DNA of 64,000 bases from an uncultured Actinomycetota bacterium (GTDB taxonomy: Bacteria; Actinomycetota; Actinomycetes; JAHEKZ01): contig CAVURN010000005.1 in NCBI GenBank assembly GCA_963743915.1, positions 518,296 to 582,295 on the forward strand, in the 5' to 3' direction. Positions within the stretch are counted from its first letter, which is position 1. Each line of letters starts with the position of its first letter. Below are positions 23,419 through 31,427 of the stretch, in pieces. The notes beneath the pieces were generated by a model. It saw nothing but the letters and a program-made list of their open reading frames with translations. It did no database searches and had not been told where the DNA came from. Both the position numbers and the translations under genes were made by a program.

Positions 23419-24230
23419 CGGCGCGCATCTTGTACAGCGACCTCGACGGCACGATGGTCGGCCCCGGGGGCTGCTTCGTGCGGGACGCGGACCGCGCCAC
23501 CACCCTCGAGCCGGCCCAGGCACTCATCGGTCTGCACGACGCAGGCGTCGTGCTGTCCCTGGTCTCCGGCCGCACGCGTGCGCAGCTGCAGGAGGCCGCA
23601 CGGATCTTCGGCGCCGACGGGTTCGTCGCGGAGATGGGCGCGATCATCGGCTGGGACCACGGCCGCCGGTCGAGCACGCTGACGGGCGACGCGCCCCCGG
23701 AGTTCGCCGGCCCGCTCGTGGCGCAGCTGGAGTCGATCGGCCTCGTCGACGAGCTGCTCGGCGAGCACGAGGGACGCCTCGAGCACCACGCCCCGTGGCA
23801 CCTCGGGCATGAGACCGACGTGATGCTGCACGGCAACGTCGATGTGGAGGTCGTGGACAAGTGGCTCGCCGGTCGCGGCTTCGGCTGGCTCACGCTCGCC
23901 GACAACGGACGCCTGATCTCCACGCACATGGAGGGGCTGGACGCGCCGACGCACGTCTACCACCTCATGGCCCGGGGCATCTCCAAGGGACGTGGGGTCG
24001 CGGCCGACCTCGAGCGGCGCGGCCTCTCGGCGTCCGACGCCGTGGCGGTGGGCGACTCGCTCTCCGACCTCGACATGGCTCCGCACGTGGGCCGGTTCTT
24101 CCTGGTGCGCAACGGCGTCGACGTGCCCGAGATCCGCGCGGCCGCCGAGGAGCTGCCGAACGTGACACTGTGCGACGGGACGCTCGGCGCCGGGTGGGCC
24201 GAGGCCGCCCGCTGGTGCGCGTCCGCCTGA
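23415..24230 (+). CDS. HAD-family phosphatase (MPGP/Cof-like)
   Basis: YSDLDGT, VSGRT, SKG, AVGDSLSD motifs; coupled to gpgS. Confidence 0.85.
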   Translation: MTARILYSDLDGTMVGPGGCFVRDADRATTLEPAQALIGLHDAGVVLSLVSGRTRAQLQEAARIFGADGFVAEMGAIIGWDHGRRSSTLTGDAPPEFAGPLVAQLESIGLVDELLGEHEGRLEHHAPWHLGHETDVMLHGNVDVEVVDKWLAGRGFGWLTLADNGRLISTHMEGLDAPTHVYHLMARGISKGRGVAADLERRGLSASDAVAVGDSLSDLDMAPHVGRFFLVRNGVDVPEIRAAAEELPNVTLCDGTLGAGWAEAARWCASA

Positions 24231-24313
24231 ACCCGAGAACCACGCATCCACGCACTGCTGCGCACCAGACTCCGGGGGCATCCTGTGAAGAACCCCGACG
24301 GGTCCGCTAGACT

Positions 24314-24329
24314 AGTTGAATCCTCAACT
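24314..24329. promoter_or_regulatory. Palindrome AGTTGA-atcc-TCAACT, possible operator
   Basis: AT-rich inverted repeat 20 bp upstream of the VOC gene start. Confidence 0.4.
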
Positions 24330-24348
24330 TTCTAAGGCGGCCGTCCGA

Positions 24349-24813
24349 ATGATCCACCACCTTTCGATCCCCGCCCGCGACCCGCACCACACCGTCGAGG
24401 TGTTCTGCGAGCTGTTCGGCGGCGGCGTCGTCACCCCGTTCGGCCCCTACCCCGGCTCGTGGATCGCCTGGTCCGGCGACGAGCACGGCACCGCCGTCGA
24501 GTGCTACCCGGTCGGCACCGAGATGTACCCGCCCGACGGCCCCGAGCAGGCGCAGTTCCGGCACGATCCCCGCGCCACCGGACACACCGCGACGCACGCC
24601 GCCATCTCGGTCGACCTCGAGGTGGACGAGGTGCTGGCGATCGCCGCCCGCGAAGGCTGGCGGGCGCTCGTGCTGCCCCGGGGTGGCTTCGACGTGATCG
24701 AGTTCTGGATCGACAACACCGTGATGATCGAGCTGCTGACCCCTGCGATGGCATCCGACTACCTGTCCGTGGTGCCGCGCTCGGCAACCAGCACAGCTTC
24801 CAGCAACGTGTAG
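24349..24813 (+). CDS. VOC/glyoxalase-fold protein
   Basis: IHHLSIPARDP, THAAISV, FDVIEFWIDNTVMIELL; stop codon lies inside hairpin B. Confidence 0.7.
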   Translation: MIHHLSIPARDPHHTVEVFCELFGGGVVTPFGPYPGSWIAWSGDEHGTAVECYPVGTEMYPPDGPEQAQFRHDPRATGHTATHAAISVDLEVDEVLAIAAREGWRALVLPRGGFDVIEFWIDNTVMIELLTPAMASDYLSVVPRSATSTASSNV

Positions 24814-24850
24814 GGAGTGTGGGGTCATGGCCCCCAGAAGGCACACGTTG
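24804..24850. repeat. Hairpin family B, degenerate solo copy
   Basis: CAACGTGTAGGGAGTGTGGGGTCATGGCCCCCAGAAGGCACACGTTG. Confidence 0.82.
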
Positions 24851-24906
24851 TTCCAGGGAGACAGGTCCGAAGACAGGCTCGAATTCCTGTGGCAGGCTCC
24901 GGTGCC

Positions 24907-26187
24907 GTGACTCCTGGAGACTCCTTCACCGCTGTCCGCTGCGGCTGGTTCGCTGACGTCGTCACCGGCGAGGTCGCCCGCGACGTGACCCTCGTGCTCG
25001 ACGGCGACCGCGTCGCCGACATCGTTCGTAACGGCGGGACGCCGCAAGGTCGCGTTCTCGATCTGCCCGACCACGTGGTGACCCCGGGCCTGATCGACCT
25101 GCACACCCACCTGACCGGTGAGGAGGAGACCGGGTCGTACGGCGACATCCTGATGGAGAGCGAGGCGGATGCTGCGCTCATCGGCGTGCACAACGCACGC
25201 CGGACCATCGACGCCGGTTTCACGACCGTTCGGGACGTCGGCGCGTTCCGCGCGTTCACCGACGTGTCGCTGCGCAAGGCGATCGACAACGGCTGGGTCG
25301 TCGGTCCGCGCATGCACTGCGCCGGCGCGTACGTCACCACGACCGACGGCGGCGGCGAGGTCACCGGCTTCTCGGCGGACGTCTGCGTGCCCGATGCACT
25401 GCGGTTCGGTGTCGCCGACTCACCGCACGAGGTGCGTCGTGCCGTGCGTCGGATCATGGCTCACGGCGCCGATCTCATCAAGGTGATCGCCACCGGTGCA
25501 GTGCTCGCGCCGGGGACGAACCCCGGTGCCCCGGAGTACACCGAGGACGAGATCCGCGCGGCGGTCGAGGAGGCGTCCAACTACGGCGCCTTCGTGGCGG
25601 CACACGCCCACGGGGCTGAGGGGATCAAGCGCGCGACGCGCGCCGGCGTCCGGTCGATCGAGCACGGCTCGTTCGCCGACGACGAGTCGCTGGCGTTGAT
25701 GGCGGAGCGCGGGACCTACCTCGTGGCCGACGTGTGGGCCGGCGACTGGATGGAGGAGGAGGGCACCAAGCACGACTGGCCCGCCGCCACCATGAAGAAG
25801 ATCATCGACACCACCGAGACGCAGCGCGACGCCTTCCGGCGCGCGCTCGCGCACGGCGTCCGGATCGGGTTCGGAACCGACTCGGGCATCTACCCGCACG
25901 GCATGAACATCCACCAAGTGGCCAAGCACGTCGAGCTCGGCATGAGCCCGATGGCCGCCCTGCGGTCGGCGACCCTGTGGGCGTCGGAGTGCCTTGGCAA
26001 CGACGAGGTCGGCGCACTGATCCCGGGCCGCTACGCCGACCTGGTCGCGGTCGAGGTCGACCCCGAGGTGCGGGCCGCTGTGGGGGCAGGCAGCCTCCCC
26101 GGGAGCGCGTCGGAGGTGCTGGGCGACCTGTCCCGCTTCGCCACTCACATGAGCCACGTGGTGAAGGGCGGGACGCTCGTCCGCTGA
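24907..26187 (+). CDS. Metal-dependent amidohydrolase
   Basis: PGLIDLHTH, GFTTVRDVG, AAHAHG, SIEHG, FGTDSG. Confidence 0.9.
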   Translation: MTPGDSFTAVRCGWFADVVTGEVARDVTLVLDGDRVADIVRNGGTPQGRVLDLPDHVVTPGLIDLHTHLTGEEETGSYGDILMESEADAALIGVHNARRTIDAGFTTVRDVGAFRAFTDVSLRKAIDNGWVVGPRMHCAGAYVTTTDGGGEVTGFSADVCVPDALRFGVADSPHEVRRAVRRIMAHGADLIKVIATGAVLAPGTNPGAPEYTEDEIRAAVEEASNYGAFVAAHAHGAEGIKRATRAGVRSIEHGSFADDESLALMAERGTYLVADVWAGDWMEEEGTKHDWPAATMKKIIDTTETQRDAFRRALAHGVRIGFGTDSGIYPHGMNIHQVAKHVELGMSPMAALRSATLWASECLGNDEVGALIPGRYADLVAVEVDPEVRAAVGAGSLPGSASEVLGDLSRFATHMSHVVKGGTLVR

Positions 26188-26197
26188 CCACCCCAAC

Positions 26198-26248
26198 GGG
26201 TGCGGTGTGACACCGCATTCGTTGATTGAAGGCGGCGTCACACCCATG
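26198..26248 (+). repeat. Hairpin family C, copy 1
   Basis: GGGTGCGGTGTGACACCGCATTCGTTGATTGAAGGCGGCGTCACACCCATG. Confidence 0.82.
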
Positions 26249-26301
26249 CGGTGGGCGCGCAGACGGCCACACCCTGTCGATGATCGCTTCTGACGGTGCG
26301 G

Positions 26302-26931
26302 CTACTTGCGGTCGGCGTCCGCCAGGATGAGCGTCAGCGCGTTGGGAGGCATGGGCGCCGAGGCGGGCCAGACCCGGCTGATGCCGGCCGCCTTGGCGAG
26401 CCGGTCGGCCGCCGCGCGGTCGCCCGAGTAGAAGTACACGGTGTCGTCGGGGACGTTGCCGATCCAGTTGTCGACGCCGACCACATCCCATCCGAGCGAC
26501 TCCAGCTTGTCGCCGGTCTGCCCGGCCAGCCCACTGATCGGTGTCTGGTTGAAGACATAGACGGCGATCTTCGGCACCGGCTGCGCGGTCTCGTCGTTCT
26601 TGTCGCCGCCGTCCTCCTTGTCACCGTCCTTCTTGCCACCGTCCTTGGTCGGCTCGGTGGAGGGCTCGCTCGAAGGGTCATCGGAGGGTTCGTCCGTCGG
26701 CGGCGTCGTGGCCGGCTGCGTCGGCTGCGACGCTGCGCCAGTGGGCGACGAGGTGTCGGTCTCGTCGTTGCCGGCCGTCATCAGCATCCACGCCGCCAGA
26801 CCCATCGCCGCCAGCACGGCGACGACGCTCAGCAACGGCAGCAGCAGGGGCGTCGACGCCTCAGGCTCGGGCGCAGGCGCAGCGCGGTGGGCCCCACCGC
26901 TCCGCGGCTGTGGCGACTCGGGCGTCGACAT
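26302..26931 (-). CDS. LytR C-terminal domain membrane protein
   Basis: TM, P/T/S linker, VYVFNQTPISGLAG..LGWDVVGVDN..TVYF. Confidence 0.82.
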   Translation of the reverse strand: MSTPESPQPRSGGAHRAAPAPEPEASTPLLLPLLSVVAVLAAMGLAAWMLMTAGNDETDTSSPTGAASQPTQPATTPPTDEPSDDPSSEPSTEPTKDGGKKDGDKEDGGDKNDETAQPVPKIAVYVFNQTPISGLAGQTGDKLESLGWDVVGVDNWIGNVPDDTVYFYSGDRAAADRLAKAAGISRVWPASAPMPPNALTLILADADRK

Positions 26932-26940
26932 GCCCCTGGC

Positions 26941-27234
26941 TCAGACGGTGGCGCCGAGGCGTCGCGCCGAGCGAGCACGCTGACGGGCGGCGCGCAGCCG
27001 GCGGAGACGCTTGACCAGCATCGGGTCCGCCGCGAGGGCGTCCGGACGGTCGATGAGCGCGTTGAGGACCTGGTAGTAGCGGGTGGCCGACATGTCGAAG
27101 AGCTCGCGGATCGCCTGCTCCTTGGCGCCGGCGTACTTCCACCACTGCCGCTCGAACGCCAGGATCTCCTGCTCCCGCTCGGTGAGACCCGAGCCGTTCT
27201 CCGGGCTGGCGGTGGTGTCGGCAGCGGCATCCAT
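26941..27234 (-). CDS. DUF3263 domain protein
   Basis: ILAFERQWWKYAGAKEQAIRELFDMSATRYYQVLNALID. Confidence 0.9.
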   Translation of the reverse strand: MDAAADTTASPENGSGLTEREQEILAFERQWWKYAGAKEQAIRELFDMSATRYYQVLNALIDRPDALAADPMLVKRLRRLRAARQRARSARRLGATV

Positions 27235-27410
27235 GTCGCAGGCTCTCCTTGCGTCGACGCAGTCTCTCCGTGGCCCTCCGCTCGCGGGAGGGGGTGCTGA
27301 GGCGGCCCAGGCTTCCCCTCCCGGGCCGCAGCGCCATCGTAGGCCCCAAATCCCAACGATGTCATTCACCCCGCAACATCCGGCGTCGGCAGCCGCACTA
27401 GGGTCGGCGC

Positions 27411-27746
27411 ATGCCCTGCTACGTGGTCCACGCCTCCACCCAGGAGCTGACCCCCGACCCCCTCGACGCTGACCAGGTCGTGAGCGGAAACCCGCAGGTC
27501 AGCGCCTACGAGCTGCTCGACACCGAAGCCCTGGCGGTGGGCATCTGGCAGCACACGGCGGGGGTGTCCACCGACGTCGAGGTGGACGAGATCTTCGTCG
27601 TCCTGACCGGACGCGCCACGATCGAGGTCGCCGGTGGGCCGACCCTCGAGGTCGGTCCCGGCGACGTCGGCGTCCTCGAGGCGGGGGCCCAGACCACGTG
27701 GACGGTCCACGAGGACCTTCGCAAGATCTACATCATCCGCGGCTGA
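27411..27746 (+). CDS. Cupin (DUF861-like) protein
   Basis: VSGNPQ, GIWQHTAG, DEIFVVLTG, WTVHEDLRKIY. Confidence 0.85.
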   Translation: MPCYVVHASTQELTPDPLDADQVVSGNPQVSAYELLDTEALAVGIWQHTAGVSTDVEVDEIFVVLTGRATIEVAGGPTLEVGPGDVGVLEAGAQTTWTVHEDLRKIYIIRG

Positions 27747-27784
27747 GCCTGCCGAGGGACGCGACGCACCGCGTCCCGACCGCG

Positions 27785-27834
27785 ATGGGTGCGGCGAAAC
27801 CTTCGATCAATGAAGGCGGTGTCACAGGGCACCC
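27785..27834 (-). repeat. Hairpin family C, copy 2 (inverted relative to copy 1)
   Basis: Reverse complement GGGTGCCCTGTGACACCGCCTTCATTGATCGAAGGTTTCGCCGCACCCAT. Confidence 0.78.
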
Positions 27835-27850
27835 ACAAAGGGGGTGCGGG

Positions 27851-29206
27851 TCAGCCCGCCATCGTGTCGAGGATCAAGCTCACGTCCGCCTCGGTGGTGC
27901 GAGGGTTCACGACCGCGAAGCGGGTGACCGTCTCGCCCTCATGGGTCGTGGGCAGCACGAAGGCGAAGTTCGCGGCCAGCAACCGGTCCGACCAGGCGTA
28001 GTACTGCTCGCGCTCCCACCCGATCCGCCGGAACACCACCACGGACAGGTTGGGCTCGCGCACCAGCTCCAGGTACGACCGCTGCCGGACGCCGTCCGCC
28101 GCCGCCCGGGCGACCGCGAGCGTCCGCTCGACCGCGTCCGAGTACGCCTGGGTGCCGTGCGTGGCGAGGCTGAACCAGAGCGGCAGGCCACGGGCGCGCC
28201 GTGAGAGGTGCACCGCGTAGTCGCTGGGGTTCCACTCGGTGTCCTCGTTGATCGCCTCGAGGTAGCCGGCGGTCTGCGTGTGGGCAGCCTTGCCGAGCGC
28301 CGGCTCGCGGTAGATGAGCGCGCACGCGTCGAAGGGGGCGAACAGCCACTTGTGCGGGTCGACGATGAACGAGTCGACACCCTCGATGCCGTCGAAGATG
28401 GCGCGCGCGCTCGGCGCGCACAGCGCAGCCAGCCCGTATGCACCGTCGACGTGCACCCACAGGTCGTGCTCGCGTGCCACCCGGACGGCGCCTGCAATGT
28501 CGTCCACCACGCCGTAGTTCGTGGTCCCGCCGGTGGCGACGATCGCGAAGACGTCGTCCACGCCGTGCTCGTCCAGCGTGGCCCGCAGCGCGTCCTCCGT
28601 CATGCGTCCGTGCTCGTCGACAGGGACGAGGACGATGTCGACGTCCATCACGCGAGCCGCGTGCTGCATCGACGAGTGCGCCTCCGCGCTGCAGACGAAC
28701 ACCCACCGGTCGGGGCGTCCGCCACCCCGCTTGGCGGTCGCGGTGTGCCGCGCCGCCACGAGCGCCGAGAGGTTGCCGTTCGTCCCGCCCTGCACGAAGC
28801 ACCCACCGGCGGTCTCCGGCATGCCCGCCAGGTCGGCGATCCAGCGCAGCGCCTGGTTCTCGGCGTACACGGCGCCTGCGCCCTCGAGCCACGAGCCGCC
28901 GTAGATCGACGACGCGCCCACGACCACGTCGAAGAGCGTGGCCGCCTCGGTCGGCGCGGCCGGGATGAAGGACAGGTAGCGCGGGTTGTCGACCGAGACG
29001 GTGGCCGGCGCCAGCACCTCGGTGAAGACCCGCAGCGCCTCGTCCCCGCCGAGACCGTCGGCGGTGATCGTCTGCCCTGCCCGCTCGCGCAGCACCGCGG
29101 GGGGCTGCGGGCCGTCCAGCGGCACCGGGTCCATGCGGAGCCGGGTGCGGGCGTAGTCGATGACCTGCTGCAGGAGCCGCTCGGTGTCGGCGTCGAACGT
29201 GTGCAC
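27851..29206 (-). CDS. Group II PLP-dependent amino acid decarboxylase
   Basis: GGTNGNLSAL, AHSS, WVHVDGAYG, DPHKWL. Confidence 0.9.
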   Translation of the reverse strand: MHTFDADTERLLQQVIDYARTRLRMDPVPLDGPQPPAVLRERAGQTITADGLGGDEALRVFTEVLAPATVSVDNPRYLSFIPAAPTEAATLFDVVVGASSIYGGSWLEGAGAVYAENQALRWIADLAGMPETAGGCFVQGGTNGNLSALVAARHTATAKRGGGRPDRWVFVCSAEAHSSMQHAARVMDVDIVLVPVDEHGRMTEDALRATLDEHGVDDVFAIVATGGTTNYGVVDDIAGAVRVAREHDLWVHVDGAYGLAALCAPSARAIFDGIEGVDSFIVDPHKWLFAPFDACALIYREPALGKAAHTQTAGYLEAINEDTEWNPSDYAVHLSRRARGLPLWFSLATHGTQAYSDAVERTLAVARAAADGVRQRSYLELVREPNLSVVVFRRIGWEREQYYAWSDRLLAANFAFVLPTTHEGETVTRFAVVNPRTTEADVSLILDTMAG

Positions 29207-29297
29207 GCCTGAACTGTAGGGCCGTAGCGGCGTCCGCGACCCTGCGGAGCAGTCGGGCGTGGGGGCGACATCTGACGCCGGGTGGGCTACCGTGGCC

Positions 29298-29319
29298 TAA
29301 CCTACGGAACCGTAAGTTA
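29298..29319. promoter_or_regulatory. Palindrome TAACCTACGG-AA-CCGTAAGTTA upstream of desaturase
   Basis: 10-bp arms with 1 mismatch, 22 bp before the GTG start. Confidence 0.55.
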
Positions 29320-29341
29320 CGCCGTCACCCGAGGAGCCGCT

Positions 29342-30283
29342 GTGCCCGCTTCTGTCGACGACCCCCAAGCCGTCCGGCTGCTGACCGAGCTCGAGCCGGT
29401 GGTGAGCCAGGAGATCGAGCGACACCTGACGATGGCGCGCGACTGGTACCCGCACGAGTACGTGCCGTGGAGCGACGGCGTGACGTTCGCCGGCGTCCTG
29501 GACGGTGAGCCGTGGGAGCCGACGCAGCAGAAGTTCTCCGAGGCGGCTCGCGCGGCGCTGATCGTCAACCTGCTGACCGAGGACAACCTGCCGAGCTACC
29601 ACTTCGAGATCGCCAGCCAGTTCGGACGCGAGGGTGCGTGGGGCGAGTGGGTGCACCGGTGGACGGCGGAGGAGGACCGGCACGCGCAGGTGATTCGCGA
29701 CTACCTCACGGTGACGCGCGCCGTCGACCCGCAGGAGCTCGAGGATCTGCGTATGAAGCACATGCAGACCGGCTTCACGGCGCTGCACCCCGGCATGCTC
29801 GGCGGGCTGGCGTACGTGTCGTTCCAGGAGCTCGCCACGCGCGTGTCGCACCGCAACACCGGCAAGTCCACCGGCGACCCGGTGGCGGAGCAGATGTTCC
29901 AGCGCATCGCGCTCGACGAGAACCTGCACATGGTGTTCTACCGCAACATGCTGGGGGCAGCGTTCGAGCTCGCACCCGATGACGTCATGGGCGCCGTGCG
30001 CGACGTCGTGCTCGACTTCAAGATGCCGGGGCACGACATCCCCGGCTTCCAGCGCAAGGCCGTGCAGATCGCCGTCGAGGGCATCTACGACCTGCGGCAG
30101 CACAAGGACGAGGTGCTGATGCCGGTGCTGCGCCACTGGAAGGTCTTCGAGCGCACCGACCTCGGACCCGAGGGCGAGAAGGCGCGCGACCAGGTCGCCG
30201 AGTTCCTCGAGGAGCTCGAGACCACGGCGTCCCGCTTCGAGCAGAAGCGTGACGCCCTCAAGGCGCGCCTCGCCTCCCGCTGA
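29342..30283 (+). CDS. desA: Acyl-ACP desaturase (DesA-like)
   Basis: WYPHEYVPW, LLTEDNLPSY, WTAEEDRH, SFQELAT, DENLH di-iron motifs. Confidence 0.92.
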   Translation: MPASVDDPQAVRLLTELEPVVSQEIERHLTMARDWYPHEYVPWSDGVTFAGVLDGEPWEPTQQKFSEAARAALIVNLLTEDNLPSYHFEIASQFGREGAWGEWVHRWTAEEDRHAQVIRDYLTVTRAVDPQELEDLRMKHMQTGFTALHPGMLGGLAYVSFQELATRVSHRNTGKSTGDPVAEQMFQRIALDENLHMVFYRNMLGAAFELAPDDVMGAVRDVVLDFKMPGHDIPGFQRKAVQIAVEGIYDLRQHKDEVLMPVLRHWKVFERTDLGPEGEKARDQVAEFLEELETTASRFEQKRDALKARLASR

Positions 30284-30296
30284 CCTGCCCCTCGCC

Positions 30297-30346
30297 ACAA
30301 CGTGTAGGAATCGTGGGCCCATGACCCCACGGTCCCTACACGTTGT
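30297..30346 (-). repeat. Hairpin family B, left flank of AbiEi/DUF559 gene
   Basis: ACAACGTGTAGG...CCTACACGTTGT; inverted relative to the 31376 copy; contains the gene's TAG stop. Confidence 0.92.
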
Positions 30347-31316
30347 TGAGCTGGACGGCGAGGCAGCCGGGGCTGCACGCCTTGAGCGGACCTGGCCACC
30401 CGTGGTGGGACAGGACTGTGCCCACCTCCAGTGCGGCTCGACAAGGTTCTTCCATGTCGGCATGGCCGTACCGGAGAGTTGACTTCCTGCTCACCGTGCT
30501 CGCGTTGTCGCGGCGCATGTCGCGGTGGCGCCCTGAGCCCTCGTGGCCGGCGCGTCCGTCGAGCTCGACGACCGTCTCGTACTCGTCATAGTGGACGTCC
30601 TTGCGGGTCGTCACGCCGTTCAGCCGTGACAGCACCTGACGGCGCCCAGTGGGCAAGCCGTGCGATCGCTCCACTCGGATGAGGTACTTGTGCTCGAGGG
30701 GGCTCTCGATGCCGCCGACCACGTCGCACAGCACATCCTTGACCAGCTGACGGTGCCGTTGGCGGCGACGGTGTCCCATCGCCTCCAGGATGGCTACTGG
30801 GGCCACGGCGTCCGTGCGACAAGCGTCGGTGATCAGGCCGACAACGGCGTCCGGCGCCCGCAGCTGGCCCACGAGATCGAGCACCGTGTCGGCGGGCGTG
30901 GTGATCGGCCAGCCCTGATATGTGGTGTCCTTGCCCGGGAGAAGGCGTGAGCGGTGCAGACGCACCCCCGGGGGAGGGACGACGACGCGGTCGGCGGGTA
31001 CACAGACATGCACCCACCGACTGCGCGGGAATGGGACGGTGAAGACCTCAGCGGCAGTCTCATGGCTGAGGACCGCACCCTCACCGCACGCGAGGAGCGC
31101 CGCCCACCGCACGCTCACGAAGGCCGGGGCCATGTTGCCGAGCAGGAAGATGCCCTCATGCAGCCGGCGGCACCGCCCCGCGGCGATCTGACTTCGCACC
31201 ACCTCATAGCCGAATCCGAGCTGATCGATCTGGCTGCGCGAGAAGACGCCCCCTTGCGTCCGGGCAAGCGTGCGGAGGGCGTCCAGCATCTGTGCACCAC
31301 GAGTCACCGAAGACAT
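30336..31316 (-). CDS. AbiEi-antitoxin-like wHTH + DUF559-like nuclease-domain protein
   Basis: LARTQGGVFSRSQ..GRCRRLHEGIF, AVLSHETAA, PITTPADTVLDL, GIESPLE, DVHY..VVELDGRAGH..DMRRDN; no toxin partner. Confidence 0.82.
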   Translation of the reverse strand: MSSVTRGAQMLDALRTLARTQGGVFSRSQIDQLGFGYEVVRSQIAAGRCRRLHEGIFLLGNMAPAFVSVRWAALLACGEGAVLSHETAAEVFTVPFPRSRWVHVCVPADRVVVPPPGVRLHRSRLLPGKDTTYQGWPITTPADTVLDLVGQLRAPDAVVGLITDACRTDAVAPVAILEAMGHRRRQRHRQLVKDVLCDVVGGIESPLEHKYLIRVERSHGLPTGRRQVLSRLNGVTTRKDVHYDEYETVVELDGRAGHEGSGRHRDMRRDNASTVSRKSTLRYGHADMEEPCRAALEVGTVLSHHGWPGPLKACSPGCLAVQLNNV

Positions 31317-31375
31317 GGACGCACCTTGGTGCGTCCTCCCGACGCGGCGCAGGCGTTCGCTCCCCCTGTGCACAA

Positions 31376-31423
31376 CAACGTGTAGGAACTGTGGGGTCAT
31401 AGGCCCACGATTGCTACACGTTG
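31376..31423 (+). repeat. Hairpin family B, right flank of AbiEi/DUF559 gene
   Basis: CAACGTGTAGGAACTGTGGGGTCATAGGCCCACGATTGCTACACGTTG. Confidence 0.92.
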
Positions 31424-31427
31424 CGGG

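Noticed and set aside
30336-31316. Type IV toxin-antitoxin (AbiE) system
   Set aside because: There is no AbiEii nucleotidyltransferase toxin beside either AbiEi-like gene.
20136-31423. Hairpin family B as integron attC sites (AAC...GTT ends)
   Set aside because: The ends do not fit RYYYAAC/GTTRRRY, the copies are not in a same-orientation cassette array, and there is no integron integrase.
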